A DNA stretch of 64,000 bases from an uncultured Phycisphaerales bacterium (GTDB lineage Bacteria; Planctomycetota; Phycisphaerae; Tepidisphaerales; Tepidisphaeraceae): NCBI GenBank assembly GCA_963758525.1, contig CAVWVQ010000003.1:1312001-1376000 (forward strand). The letters are read 5' to 3'. How positions within the stretch are numbered: position 1 is the stretch's first letter; the number at the start of each line of letters is the position of its first letter. The position numbers were made by a program, and so were the translations under genes. Shown piece after piece: positions 1 to 9,026 of the stretch. The notes under the pieces are model-generated. The model had not been told where the DNA came from and did not search any database. It was given only the letters and a program-made list of their open reading frames with translations.

Positions 1-631
1 TTCACCCCCCTCCAAATCCAGTCATTCAACCCGCTCTTTTCCGGATTCCCGATCGCGTATTCCACCGCATGTATAAGGTCCTTCTCGTCGCGAACAAGAT
101 GGTCGTAGTACTCGGTCAGCCAGTATTCTCCACTTCGGTTGAGCAGCTTGTTTGCTGCTCGCGCCGTCCAGAGTTTCCAGGAATGAAGAACCGCGTGCAG
201 TTCGACGCCCCGCAGCGGCTGCAGCACCACATGGACGTGATTCGGCATGATGCACCATGCCAACAGCCTATACCGCTCGCCATCGAAGTGCTTCAGCGCA
301 TTCTCCACCATCTCCGCAATTTCAGGCTCGCCAAGTGTGCATGAGCCATGGCCGGCGTCGAGATACGACTCGACCCGATCGGAGTACAGGTATTCCAATC
401 GCTTTAGCTCGTCGGCAGATAGCGGCCGTCTTTGATCACGCGCCGTCTCGATAATGGCTTGGCGCTCAGTACGCCAGCTCTTGAGAACTTCGGCTGGCAG
501 GGAATCCGCAAGGCGAAAACATACTGCATAAATCGACCCGTTCTTTGTCCAGTGCGGGAGACGGGCGCCCTGGCGGACCTGAAGATTACTTTTACTCGGC
601 GCCGTTCGCACGGGTTGGAAACCCGTGGTAC
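1..631 (-). mobile_element. REP palindrome plus REP-associated tyrosine transposase (RAYT/TnpA-REP, HUH Y1) domain, in frame with dinG
   Basis: Translation RQGARLPHWTKNGSIYAVCFRLADSLP...AWCIMPNHVHVVL...HSWKLWTARAANKLLNRSGEYWLTEYYDHLVRDEKDLIHAVEYAIGNP contains the HUH motif (HVH), the DHxVR motif and the catalytic YxxxNP. It is preceded by palindrome CACGGGTTGGAAACCCGTG (609-627). Confidence 0.88.
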
Positions 632-1907
632 GCGAGGTGCAGAGGGTTGCGCTGGTGAGCACCACGCTCTTCACCTTCTCGAACAGATGCGTCTTGAGGC
701 CCGAGGCGATGCTCACGGGGGCGGCGTGAAGCGCGAGCTTGCGCGACGGACCTTTGGACAGGTCCATCCAATACACCGTGTCATCCACGGCCTGGCTCAT
801 GATGGCTTCAAGCATGGCGGCGGTATTGGCGATTTTGTCGGCCGTGCTGCTCAGCTCGGAAATCTCGGCGTCTTCCGTCAGCGATGGCAGCATCGCCTTG
901 AGATGGAGCGAAAGATTGCGCAGTTTCGGGGAGAGGTCGTTTTCGACCACGTGCGGCTGATCGATCCGGCCGTTGCCGCGGCCCTGCTCGCGCTGCCAAT
1001 CGGCGCAGCGGTCGAAAAAGGCGTCGGTCAGAATGTGCAGTTCTTCCACGTCGCGGATCGCGTCGTTGGCGGCCGAAGCGTGCGTGCTGAGCATCCCCTT
1101 GCCGCGTTTGGGATCGTGAAGCATGCGGAGCTGATATCGCATGCCGTTCTCGGTGATGTTCATTCCAAAGTGACTGGCGGCGACGTCTTCGATGGTGTGG
1201 CCTTCATCGAAAATCACGGCGTCGTACTTTGGCAGATAGTTGATGCCCGCCATGCGCAGCGCCAGATCGGAGAAGAACAGCGCGTGATTGACGATGAGAA
1301 TCGTTCCGTTTTGCATGCGGCGTTTGGCTGCCTGCCAGAAGCATTCGTTGTAGTAATTGCACTTCTTGCCGAGGCAGTTTCCATGTTCCGCGCAGACGCG
1401 GTCCCACACGCCCGGCTCGGGCTCGACGGGCAAATCAGATCGTGACCCGTCGCGGGTTTCGGTGGCCCATTTCTCGATATCCCACAGCGACTCGAGCTGC
1501 CGTTGCTGTTCGAACAGCGACCCCTGCCGCGCGCGTGTCTGTTCCAGTCGCCGCTGGCAGAGATAGTTGCCGCGCCCCTTCACCAGCACGGCGGTAAATT
1601 CGTCGGGATAGACCGCCTGCAGGAGCGGGATGTCTTTCTGGATTAACTGTTCCTGCAAAGCGATGGTGTGGGTCGAGATGACGATGCGCTTTTGTTTGCG
1701 CACGGCGAAGTCGATCGCCGGCAGGAGATATGCGAAGGACTTGCCGACGCCGGTGCCCGCCTCGACGAGCAGATGATGTTCGTCGGTCAGCGCGCGCTCG
1801 ACAGCCTCGGCCATCTCCAATTGCTGCGGGCGAAACTCGTAACGCTCGCCAAGCCGGCGCGCGACGGCGCCATCGGGGGCGAGAATTGATTCCAGCGCGG
1901 AGGACAT
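1..1907 (-). CDS. dinG: DinG-family ATP-dependent Fe-S helicase (N-terminal part, runs off the window edge) with an in-frame RAYT domain insertion
   Basis: Hand translation from ATG 1907 gives FRPQQ (Q motif), EAGTGVGKS (motif I), Cys cluster NYLC..VCAEHGNCLGKKCNYYNEC, IFDEGH (motif II) and VLTSATL (motif III). I read the frame codon by codon with no stop over 1-250 and 537-662. It is absent from the ORF track, as expected if it stays open to the window edge. Confidence 0.92.
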   Translation of the reverse strand, partial: MSSALESILAPDGAVARRLGERYEFRPQQLEMAEAVERALTDEHHLLVEAGTGVGKSFAYLLPAIDFAVRKQKRIVISTHTIALQEQLIQKDIPLLQAVYPDEFTAVLVKGRGNYLCQRRLEQTRARQGSLFEQQRQLESLWDIEKWATETRDGSRSDLPVEPEPGVWDRVCAEHGNCLGKKCNYYNECFWQAAKRRMQNGTILIVNHALFFSDLALRMAGINYLPKYDAVIFDEGHTIEDVAASHFGMNITENGMRYQLRMLHDPKRGKGMLSTHASAANDAIRDVEELHILTDAFFDRCADWQREQGRGNGRIDQPHVVENDLSPKLRNLSLHLKAMLPSLTEDAEISELSSTADKIANTAAMLEAIMSQAVDDTVYWMDLSKGPSRKLALHAAPVSIASGLKTHLFEKVKSVVLTSATLCTSRTTGFQPVRTAPSKSNLQVRQGARLPHWTKNGSIYAVCFRLADSLPAEVLKSWRTERQAIIETARDQRRPLSADELKRLEYLYSDRVESYLDAGHGSCTLGEPEIAEMVENALKHFDGERYRLLAWCIMPNHVHVVLQPLRGVELHAVLHSWKLWTARAANKLLNRSGEYWLTEYYDHLVRDEKDLIHAVEYAIGNPEKSGLNDWIWRGV

Positions 1908-1926
1908 TGAGGCATCTTAGCGAGCG

Positions 1927-2205
1927 AGGGTTCAGGGTGTCAGGGGTCAGGGTGTCAGGGTTCAGGGTTCAGGGTGTCAGGGGTCAGGGGGTCAGGGGGT
2001 CAGGGGGTCAGGGGGTCAGGGGGTCAGGGGGTCAGGGGGTCAGGGGGTCAGGGGGTCAGGGATTCGAGTTCCGAACAACTATTGCGACCCGCAATGCGGG
2101 GCTGTCGTTCGCGCAGCGTACTTCAACACCCGGTCCCGCGACTCTTCCTGAACCCTGAACCCTGAACCCTGAACCCTGAACCCTGAACCCCGAACCCTGA
2201 CCCCT
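1927..2205. repeat. Opposed short-tandem arrays: GGGTTCA/GGGGGTCA units (1927-2061) and CCTGAAC units (2147-2205)
   Basis: Directly visible 7- and 8-mer tandem units in inverted orientation around a spacer of about 85 bp. A related array (CCTGAAC/CCTGACAC) sits at about 28256-28288. Confidence 0.9.
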
Positions 2206-2867
2206 CTAACGTCCAATCTCTTCCTTCCACAAATGCGGATGGGCGGCAATGAAATCCTTCATGATGCGAATGCATTGCGAATCGTGGAGGTCGACGACTT
2301 GCACTCCGTGGGATTTGAGGAATTCGGGATCGCCGGCGAAATTTTCCGATTCTCCGACGACGATCCTGGGCACGCCAAACTGAACTGCGGCGCCGCTGCA
2401 AAGGTGACAGGGCATCAGCGTGGAGTAGAGCACGGTGTCCTTATAGGTCTTCTGCCGGCCGGCGCGCGTCAAACAGTCGATCTCGGCGTGAGCCATCGGA
2501 TCATTGTTCTGCACGCGACGATTATGGCCGCGGGCGATGACCTGCCCGTCCCGCACCAGCACCGATCCAATCGGCACGCCGCCCTCGGACAAACTGAGGT
2601 TGGCCTCTTCCAGGGCGGCGAGCATAAACGGGTCCGGCGCGGCGCCGGGTTTGAGGGCGGCGAGGTCGCCGACATCTTTGGGCGCCAATTCGGCCGCCGA
2701 TTTGGTCTCCTTTTGAATCTGCTGATAGACCTCCTTGCGATGGACGGGCACCTTGCGGGCGCGCTGATGCCGAGGCGCACTTTTTCGCCGCGCACATCGA
2801 CTACGGTGACTTCAATTTCGTCACCGATCATAATGGTCTGGTCGCGCGTGCGGGCGAGCACAAGCAT
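2206..2867 (-). CDS. csrA: CsrA (carbon storage regulator) domain fused to an FCY1-like Zn-dependent cytosine/nucleoside deaminase; 1-nt frameshift near 2757
   Basis: ATG 2867 gives MLVLARTRDQTIMIGDEIEVTVVDVRGEKVRLGISAP. One added base continues into KVPVHRKEVYQQIQKE (CsrA C-terminal helix), which reads without a stop into DPFMLAALEEA...GHNRRVQ...HAEIDCL...LMPCHLC...LWKEEIGR. Confidence 0.85.
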
Positions 2868-2923
2868 GGAGTTGCCTCGATTCAATGAAACTACTGAAAT
2901 GATAGGCGCTTGGATGGGTTCGG

Positions 2924-3627
2924 TCAGGCGAGGGGACGCCCTTTCTGCTGCGACGGCGGGCGGGGGTACTTGTCGGAAGTGTCCCGGCGTTTGGGGATCT
3001 CGACGATCACATGCTGCTCCGCGCCGCTCAGCATCACCGGATGAATCTTCACGTCGCCGCCGCCCAGCAGGCGGATGATGCGCTGTGCGCCGGGGAGTTC
3101 GTCGGCCACCTTTGGGCCTTTCATTGCCAGCATCTTGCCTCCGGTTTTGACCAGGGGCAGGCAATACTCCGCGAGAAAATCGAGTGTGGCGACGGCACGG
3201 GCGACAACCACGTCAAACGCGCCGCGGTGCTTCGTGCGGGCGACGTCTTCGGCGCGTTGATCGCTGATGCTGACGTTGGTCAATACCAGCTCCGCGACCG
3301 CGCGCTGCAGAAACGCGGCTTTTTTGCGGGTGGATTCGATCAGGAACACGTGCGCATCCGGCCGGGCGATCGCCAACGGAATGCCGGGAACGCCTCCGCC
3401 GGTCCCCACGTCCGCCAGGCGAAAATCGCCTTGCGGCAGCAGCGGAAGCAGCGTGAGCGAATCAGCAACATGCTGCAGTTCGGCAGCGGCGCGGTCGGTG
3501 ATCCGCGTGAGATTCATCGTCTCGTTGGCGGCAAGAAGGAGGTCGAGATAGCGCCCAGACGCTCGTGCTGCGAGGCATCCAAGGTGCGGCCGGCATTGGC
3601 GGCCAGGGCCGTCCATTGGTCGTTCAT
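2924..3627 (-). CDS. rsmG: 16S rRNA m7G527 methyltransferase RsmG (GidB); probable 1-nt frameshift near 3555
   Basis: Motifs [45 protein letters not shown]. The start MNDQWTAL overlaps the thiG stop (ATGA). Confidence 0.93.
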
Positions 3628-4442
3628 TCGCCGGGAATATAGCTGATGACGCCGGCGAAGGGCGAGCTTGCGGTCGCGTATCGCTTGCGGGGAATGCGAC
3701 CGGCTTCGTATGCCAGCCGGCCGGACTCGAGCGCATGGCGCATCGCATGGGCCATCTTGACGGGATCTTTCGCATGGGCGATGCCGGTGTTCAACAAGAC
3801 GCCATCAGCGCCCAATTCCATTGCGATGGTCACGTCGCTGGCGGTGCCAACGCCCGCATCAACGATCACCGGATACGTGGGATCGTTTTCCTTGAGCGTC
3901 TCCAGGCACAGCGAAATGTTGAGGGGATTGAGCACGCCCTGCCCCGAGCCGATGGGGCTTCCGGCCGGCATTACGCATGCCGCGCCGGCTTCCTTCAGCC
4001 GCCGGGCGGCAATCGGATCGTCGCTGGTGTAACAGAGAACGGTAAAGCCTTCCTTCACCAGCTCGCGCGTGGCTTCCAGCGTGCCGAGCGGATCGGGGAG
4101 AAGTGTTTTTTTGTCGCCGAGCACTTCCAGCTTCACCCATCCCGCGCCCGGATTCTTTTGCTTTTCCAGCAGGTCGCGGCCCAGGAGCGAGACGCGCACC
4201 GCATCCTCCGCGTTGAAGCAGCCGGCGGTGTTGGGGAGAATGACGTAGCGGTCGAGATCGAGAAACTCCAGCAGACTGCGCCCTTCCTTGTCCACCAGCC
4301 GCTCGCGGCGCACCGCCACCGTCACGACCTGCGCACCGCTGGCGTCCAGCGCCTGCCGCATGACTTCATAGTCGGCGTACTTCCCCGTTCCGACGACGAG
4401 CCGGCTTTTGACCTCGAATTTTCCAATCTTCAACACGTTCAT
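3624..4442 (-). CDS. thiG: Thiazole synthase
   Basis: Motifs [44 protein letters not shown] and the C-terminal ATASSP. Confidence 0.97.
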   Translation of the reverse strand: MNVLKIGKFEVKSRLVVGTGKYADYEVMRQALDASGAQVVTVAVRRERLVDKEGRSLLEFLDLDRYVILPNTAGCFNAEDAVRVSLLGRDLLEKQKNPGAGWVKLEVLGDKKTLLPDPLGTLEATRELVKEGFTVLCYTSDDPIAARRLKEAGAACVMPAGSPIGSGQGVLNPLNISLCLETLKENDPTYPVIVDAGVGTASDVTIAMELGADGVLLNTGIAHAKDPVKMAHAMRHALESGRLAYEAGRIPRKRYATASSPFAGVISYIPGE

Positions 4443-4451
4443 GACGATGGC

Positions 4452-4649
4452 TCATCCTCCGCCCACGAAGGTCACAATCTCCACCTGATCGCCATTGTGC
4501 AACGGCGTGTCATATTTCTCCGAGCGGAGCAGCCGACGATTCAGCTCGATGGCGACCTTGTCGACGGTGAGATTGTAGCGTGCCACCAGCGCGCGGACAG
4601 TCTCGCCGTCGGGGATGTCGCGGGTATCGCCATTGACGGTGATTTGCAT
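4452..4649 (-). CDS. thiS: Sulfur carrier protein ThiS
   Basis: 65 aa, MQITVNG...VAIELN...VEIVTFVGGG, directly upstream of thiG. Confidence 0.96.
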   Translation of the reverse strand: MQITVNGDTRDIPDGETVRALVARYNLTVDKVAIELNRRLLRSEKYDTPLHNGDQVEIVTFVGGG

Positions 4650-4741
4650 GGTCGCGGGTATTTTAGTCGCGCGAAGCGGATTCTTCACCCCGAAGAAGCG
4701 GGGAGCGTGGAGTGCTGCGAGGAACGTGCGCCCGATTCTTT

Positions 4742-4781
4742 CCCCCTCCCCTGGTATTCCGGGGGAGGATTGGGGTGGGGG
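4742..4781. repeat. REP-like element, family C (CCCCTCCCCTGGTAyTCCGGGGGAGG..GGGGTGGGGG)
   Basis: Related copies at 8699-8724, 14780-14893, 15161-15288, 23203-23242 and 60346-60385. Confidence 0.85.
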
Positions 4782-4815
4782 CTCGCTCGGGCACGCCCGC
4801 TGCGTGCGATCGGCG

Positions 4816-4950
4816 AATGCCCCGGCGACAAGTCGCTCGGCTCCGCGCTGGCGCGAATCGATGAGCCCGCGCGATGAAATGCGCCTATTTGTCCAAGGGG
4901 GTGTGGGATTTCGCGCCAGCGCGGAGCCGAGCGACTTGTCGCCGGGCATT
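4816..4950. repeat. Long inverted repeat (arms of about 40 bp), REPIN-like
   Basis: CCCGGCGACAAGTCGCTCGGCTCCGCGCTGGCGCGAA, with its reverse complement at 4910-4950. Confidence 0.85.
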
Positions 4951-4984
4951 TTGGATTGCGGAAGCGGACGGGATATATCCCGCT

Positions 4985-5704
4985 CTACTTTGCGGACGTC
5001 TTCTGCGGAAGCAGCTCGCTGTAGATTCCGCGAACCTTTTCTGAAGTGATATTCAGTCCGCCGCTGGTTTCGAGGGTGATGGTGTAGAGGTATCCGGGCT
5101 GGAAAGGCCGCCAGACTCCTTCCCCCTGGGCCACGCGAACGCCCATCGACCCGCGGTAGGCAGGGTCGTCGGCCAGCCGCCAGAAGTCGCTCCAGAGCTG
5201 GGTTTCAAAATTGCTCACGCGAGCCTCGGCGCCGCGATAAGCGGGGGGAATCTGGCCGGGCTGGTCGATTTGGTTGGCGCTGTCGGGTGTTTGATGGTCG
5301 CCGTAAATGCGGGTGAAGAGCGCGACGCTGCGGCCGCGAAGAGCATCGTTCTGCTGCACGAATTTACCGTCGAATTTGACGACCATCGCGTCGATGTGCA
5401 CGACCTGCCCTTCGATATCGAATCGCCGTGCGGGCAACGGGTCGCCGCGGCGGTCGTACTCCACGAACAAAAGGGCGGTGCGGAGGACGCCCTGGGCATC
5501 GGCGGCTTGATCCGTCACCAGGACGTCGGCAACGCGACGTTCGCTGGTGAGCCGCGCCACGATCGACTGCAACTCGGCGGTTTTGTCCTTCTCCGCCTGC
5601 AACTGCGCTTCGACGCTGTGATGGGCCCGGTACAGCTGAAATGCAAACAGCAGCCCGACGAGCACGACGGGAAGAAAGACCAGTTTGCCAACGAAACGCC
5701 TCAC
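4985..5704 (-). CDS. Hypothetical membrane-anchored protein with a short coiled coil
   Basis: Long ORF; N-terminal TM segment KLVFLPVVLVGLLFAF followed by a heptad-rich segment. The GTG start is uncertain. Confidence 0.75.
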   Translation of the reverse strand: MRRFVGKLVFLPVVLVGLLFAFQLYRAHHSVEAQLQAEKDKTAELQSIVARLTSERRVADVLVTDQAADAQGVLRTALLFVEYDRRGDPLPARRFDIEGQVVHIDAMVVKFDGKFVQQNDALRGRSVALFTRIYGDHQTPDSANQIDQPGQIPPAYRGAEARVSNFETQLWSDFWRLADDPAYRGSMGVRVAQGEGVWRPFQPGYLYTITLETSGGLNITSEKVRGIYSELLPQKTSAK

Positions 5705-5766
5705 AACATGATCATCGGCACACGCGTCGGCGGCAGTCCAGCAAAGTGGCTGGCCAACGGCTTCAA

Positions 5767-5916
5767 TCAACTGACTTTATGGTGATGTTTATGATGGTGC
5801 TTGTGTTTGTGGTGGTGCTTCCCGGAAGTGGTCCCGCTCTTGTGGGCCGAAGCGGTGACGGGAAGCGCGCTGACGCCGATGACTGCCAGCAGAAGGATGC
5901 AGAAGAACCGAGGCAT
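5767..5916 (-). CDS. Small secreted His/Lys-rich peptide (49 aa)
   Basis: GGAG RBS upstream; signal peptide MPRFFCILLLAVIGVSALPVTASA, then HKSGTTSGKHHHKHKHHHKHHHKVS. Confidence 0.75.
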   Translation of the reverse strand: MPRFFCILLLAVIGVSALPVTASAHKSGTTSGKHHHKHKHHHKHHHKVS

Positions 5917-6057
5917 GAAGTCTCCGTGAGAATTACGCTGCTTGCTAAATTTCGCCCAGAACAACTGAGCTGATGACGTGAACACCGGTAAATACGAGCG
6001 AGTTGCCGTTTTATTGCTCTGATTGCTGTCCGCGTTGAAAAAGGGGCATTTAACCTG

Positions 6058-6146
6058 GGTTAGCCGCGACGCGCAGCGGAGCGCGTATTCGAATGAGCAT
6101 CAGCGCCCGTGTCGAATACGCGCTCCGCTGCGCGTCGCGGCTAACC
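6058..6146. repeat. REPIN-like inverted doublet, family B (GGTTAGCCGCGACGCGCAGCGGAGCGCGTATT)
   Basis: Perfect inverted arms; the same arm sequence recurs at 10685-10792 with a different spacer. Confidence 0.9.
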
Positions 6147-6180
6147 TCCGCTAACTCCATTTACATTGGGTCCTGCGCGG

Positions 6181-7896
6181 TTAGTTTGGCCCCGGCGCGG
6201 GAGGCCCCTGTGCGGGCGGCTGCTCCGCTACGCGGTGGGCGTTGCCGGCGTGCGTCCAGATCTTCTGGATGGCGGGCAACTCGCTGGCCAGCACGAGCGT
6301 TTGCGTCTGCTTGTTTTCACTGCCCAGGTACTTGCGACGGCCGTCCGGACCGGGATCGGCGGCGAGGTAATGCAGAGTTGGCGGGCCGTCGAAACCGATG
6401 CGATCGGTGATAATTACCACCTTGTAAACGGTGCCGTCCAAATCCACTTCCTCTGGCGGCCCGACGTCAATGTAGCGCATCACCACTTCGCGCCGGTCAC
6501 CCACGAATGATGCGAAGGCATACTTCTTCCGCTCCCTGACATCGAACAATCGCGGCAAAAGATGGCCGATGGCGGCGGGAAGGTAGAACGGGGGAACTTC
6601 CTGGCTGATGGTCGGCAGATTGACCGAATCGGCATTTTGCGTGACGGTGAGCGTCGCACCGGCTTTGAGGCCGACGAGGTGTTGATCGCTGGTGCCAAGC
6701 TCTTCGCTGAAGGCATCTTTTTGTCGCGTGTCTTCGTGCTGCACGATCAGCCGCGACCAGTCTTCGTGTTTGCGGTCGGCGGTTACGAACATCCAGCTTT
6801 CGCTGTCAGTTTGAATCGGGCCGGTGGTTTTGTTCGACCGCAGTCCGCTCATCTGCAGCCGCGATTTGACGCCGACGAGAATGTCCTCCCCCGGCGTCAT
6901 CTTGGGCAACAGCAGCGGACGGCTCTTCTCATCGTCGCTGAGCCTCCCCTCGCGTGCTCGTTTGATCAGGTCTGCGTCCGGTTCGGGAAGCCCGCCGGCA
7001 AGCTGCTCCATGACATATGTGTAGCCGACGTCCTTCCCGTTCACCAAAATGCGAAACCATTGTTCGGGGATGATCGCCTTTCGAAGTTTTGAGGGGGTGA
7101 GGTTGGTCAGGAAGGCCCGCGTGGCATACAGCCGCTGCTCCTGCTCCTCTCGCACCTTGCTCGTGTCGATCAGATGCACGTTATCGAGCACCTTCTGGAA
7201 CATGTTGACGGCGCCGCGCTCCCGTGGATCCTCCGGGGCGTTGTCATCGGCGGATTTGCTGCCGGGTGTGGTGAATTCGATCAGGTAGTAGAGACGATCA
7301 TCTCCACGCACGATCGCCTGCTGGAGCAGTTGAGGAGTGCCGGCCACGGAGTATCGAGCGATGATCAAGCCGACGTTCGGCTTGGGCTTGCCGTCGTCCG
7401 GCGCGTCGGGGTCTGCCTGCCCGGGCAAATCAGCGCCGGCGATGTTGGTGACGTCATCGCGGAGAATCTTCGCCCCCGGAATGTTTTGCTGAAGGCTGTC
7501 GAGCGTCATCTCCAGCAAACCCTTGACCAGCCGGCCCAGATGCCGTTCGGTGGTGAGCGGGGTGGGATCCTGCAGGACGATCCGCCGCAGACTCAGCAGC
7601 CAGCTTCGCTGTTCGTCTCTCCATTGGGCGAGGTGCGCCTGATCCAGACGAACCAGAAGCTGCATTCCCGCCGGGGGACGGATGGAGATTCCGCCGACGG
7701 TACTCGTGAACGCCGGGGCGAGTTGCTCGCTGGGCGCGGTGGCGGGGCCATGGTCGGGTTGCACGCTGGAGAGCGGGTCGAGCAGCCCGGACGGCGGCGC
7801 AGCCTCATCGGCGCCGCGCGCGGAAACGATCATCGCAACGCTGAGGCCAATTTCAGCCAACAGGGCGCATTGCCCAAACCACGAAAACTTGCTCAT
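6181..7896 (-). CDS. Hypothetical exported protein (571 aa)
   Basis: Long ORF with a signal-peptide-like N-terminus; I recognise no family. Confidence 0.75.
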   Translation of the reverse strand: MSKFSWFGQCALLAEIGLSVAMIVSARGADEAAPPSGLLDPLSSVQPDHGPATAPSEQLAPAFTSTVGGISIRPPAGMQLLVRLDQAHLAQWRDEQRSWLLSLRRIVLQDPTPLTTERHLGRLVKGLLEMTLDSLQQNIPGAKILRDDVTNIAGADLPGQADPDAPDDGKPKPNVGLIIARYSVAGTPQLLQQAIVRGDDRLYYLIEFTTPGSKSADDNAPEDPRERGAVNMFQKVLDNVHLIDTSKVREEQEQRLYATRAFLTNLTPSKLRKAIIPEQWFRILVNGKDVGYTYVMEQLAGGLPEPDADLIKRAREGRLSDDEKSRPLLLPKMTPGEDILVGVKSRLQMSGLRSNKTTGPIQTDSESWMFVTADRKHEDWSRLIVQHEDTRQKDAFSEELGTSDQHLVGLKAGATLTVTQNADSVNLPTISQEVPPFYLPAAIGHLLPRLFDVRERKKYAFASFVGDRREVVMRYIDVGPPEEVDLDGTVYKVVIITDRIGFDGPPTLHYLAADPGPDGRRKYLGSENKQTQTLVLASELPAIQKIWTHAGNAHRVAEQPPAQGPPAPGPN

Positions 7897-7984
7897 TGAT
7901 GTTCCTCACTGCTTGCTCCGACCGCCCGCATCATATCGGATTGACCGAAAAATCGCGGGATTTTTGTCGGAAAAACGACGAATT

Positions 7985-8611
7985 TCAGGCAGAGGATGCG
8001 ATCCTGCGTCTACCTGCCCGCCAGGGTGATTGCCTGGGCAATCTGGCGAAGAATGTCGTGATCGAGGGCGCAGGCGGGCCAGGTTCTGTCGCCGATACCA
8101 CTACCGCAAGCCTTTCCCCGCCAGGCAGCGGGGTAATCACGGCGGCGTAAAGGCCCGGAGCCGTTGTCGGTTGTGACGGATCTTCCTGGTCCTGCGGCTG
8201 TATCTCCGCGCTGACGCCGTCGCTGTTCAAGCCTGCAAAGCGGAACGGAGCCGGATGCAGCTCGACGTCGAGCAGATTATTGGACAGATAGTCTGCCGCA
8301 TTTACCGCAGGATCAACCAGCCGCTGCTGCGTCACTTGAATCACCCGCGCCGCACGCTCGCTGATGCCGTTTGGCTCCTGCCCCCGCACCACCAGCACAT
8401 CGCCCGACCGGAATACGGTGTACTGCCATCCGCGTGGAAGCCGAACCATCAGATCGCCAACGGGAATCGGCTGGCTGAGAGGAATATTGGAGTTCAGGCG
8501 CTTTTGATGAGCGACGAATCCCGCCAGCGTGAGCATCAGGCAGAGAATCGCCCACATCGCGACCTGCATCGCAACGCGCCGCTGCGGTGAGTATTCCCAG
8601 GAACGAGCCAT
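7985..8611 (-). CDS. Hypothetical membrane-anchored protein
   Basis: MARSWEYSPQRRVAMQVAMWAILCLMLTLAGFV TM segment. The track's upstream extension is antisense to serA. The C-terminus may be frameshifted. Confidence 0.65.
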   Translation of the reverse strand: MARSWEYSPQRRVAMQVAMWAILCLMLTLAGFVAHQKRLNSNIPLSQPIPVGDLMVRLPRGWQYTVFRSGDVLVVRGQEPNGISERAARVIQVTQQRLVDPAVNAADYLSNNLLDVELHPAPFRFAGLNSDGVSAEIQPQDQEDPSQPTTAPGLYAAVITPLPGGERLAVVVSATEPGPPAPSITTFFARLPRQSPWRAGRRRIASSA

Positions 8612-9026
8612 ACGGATGCTGGGGAATCTTATGCTCGGGTGATGAAGAATGCCCGTCGGGTACGGGGTGTGGACGCACGATCGCCTCTGCGCGCTACTCC
8701 CTCTCCCGGTAGCGCGGGAGAGGGGGTGGCGCGCAAACGCGATCACGCAACCGCGCCGGCCTGGGTCATTAAAGGTATCCGAGCTGAAGGGATTCTTCTT
8801 TCTCCGCGAAGGGCAAGCCACGGCGGCGCCAACCGGCGGGTTGGCACTGCAAGACTCCCAGAGCGTTAAAAGACTCCCCTTCCTTCCCTTCGTGCCTTCC
8901 CCGGTGCCTCCGTGCCTTCCCTTCGTGCGTTCGTGCCTCCGTGCCTTCGTCTGTTTCGACCCCTCCTTGCCTCGCATTCGCCGGGCGCTTACGATTCCCC
9001 CCTTTTGGCGGAAAGGAAACGCAACC

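Noticed and set aside
600..645. Intein in DinG (Cys at the insertion junction)
   Set aside because: CTSRTTGF lacks an intein block A pattern, and the insert is REP plus RAYT, not Hint or LAGLIDADG.
2745..2770. Programmed frameshift controlling the CsrA-deaminase
   Set aside because: There is no slippery heptamer, the shift falls inside the CsrA fold, and similar indels occur throughout the window.
4650..4984. TPP riboswitch upstream of thiS
   Set aside because: No CTGAGA...ACCTGA core; the hairpins there are REP-like repeats.
8802..8826. c-di-GMP-I riboswitch (GGGCAAGCC resemblance)
   Set aside because: The GAAA tetraloop stem and the second stem are missing.
8649..9026. N-terminal extension of SerA in the ORF track
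   Set aside because: It is translated repeat DNA; the RBS and homology begin at 9027.
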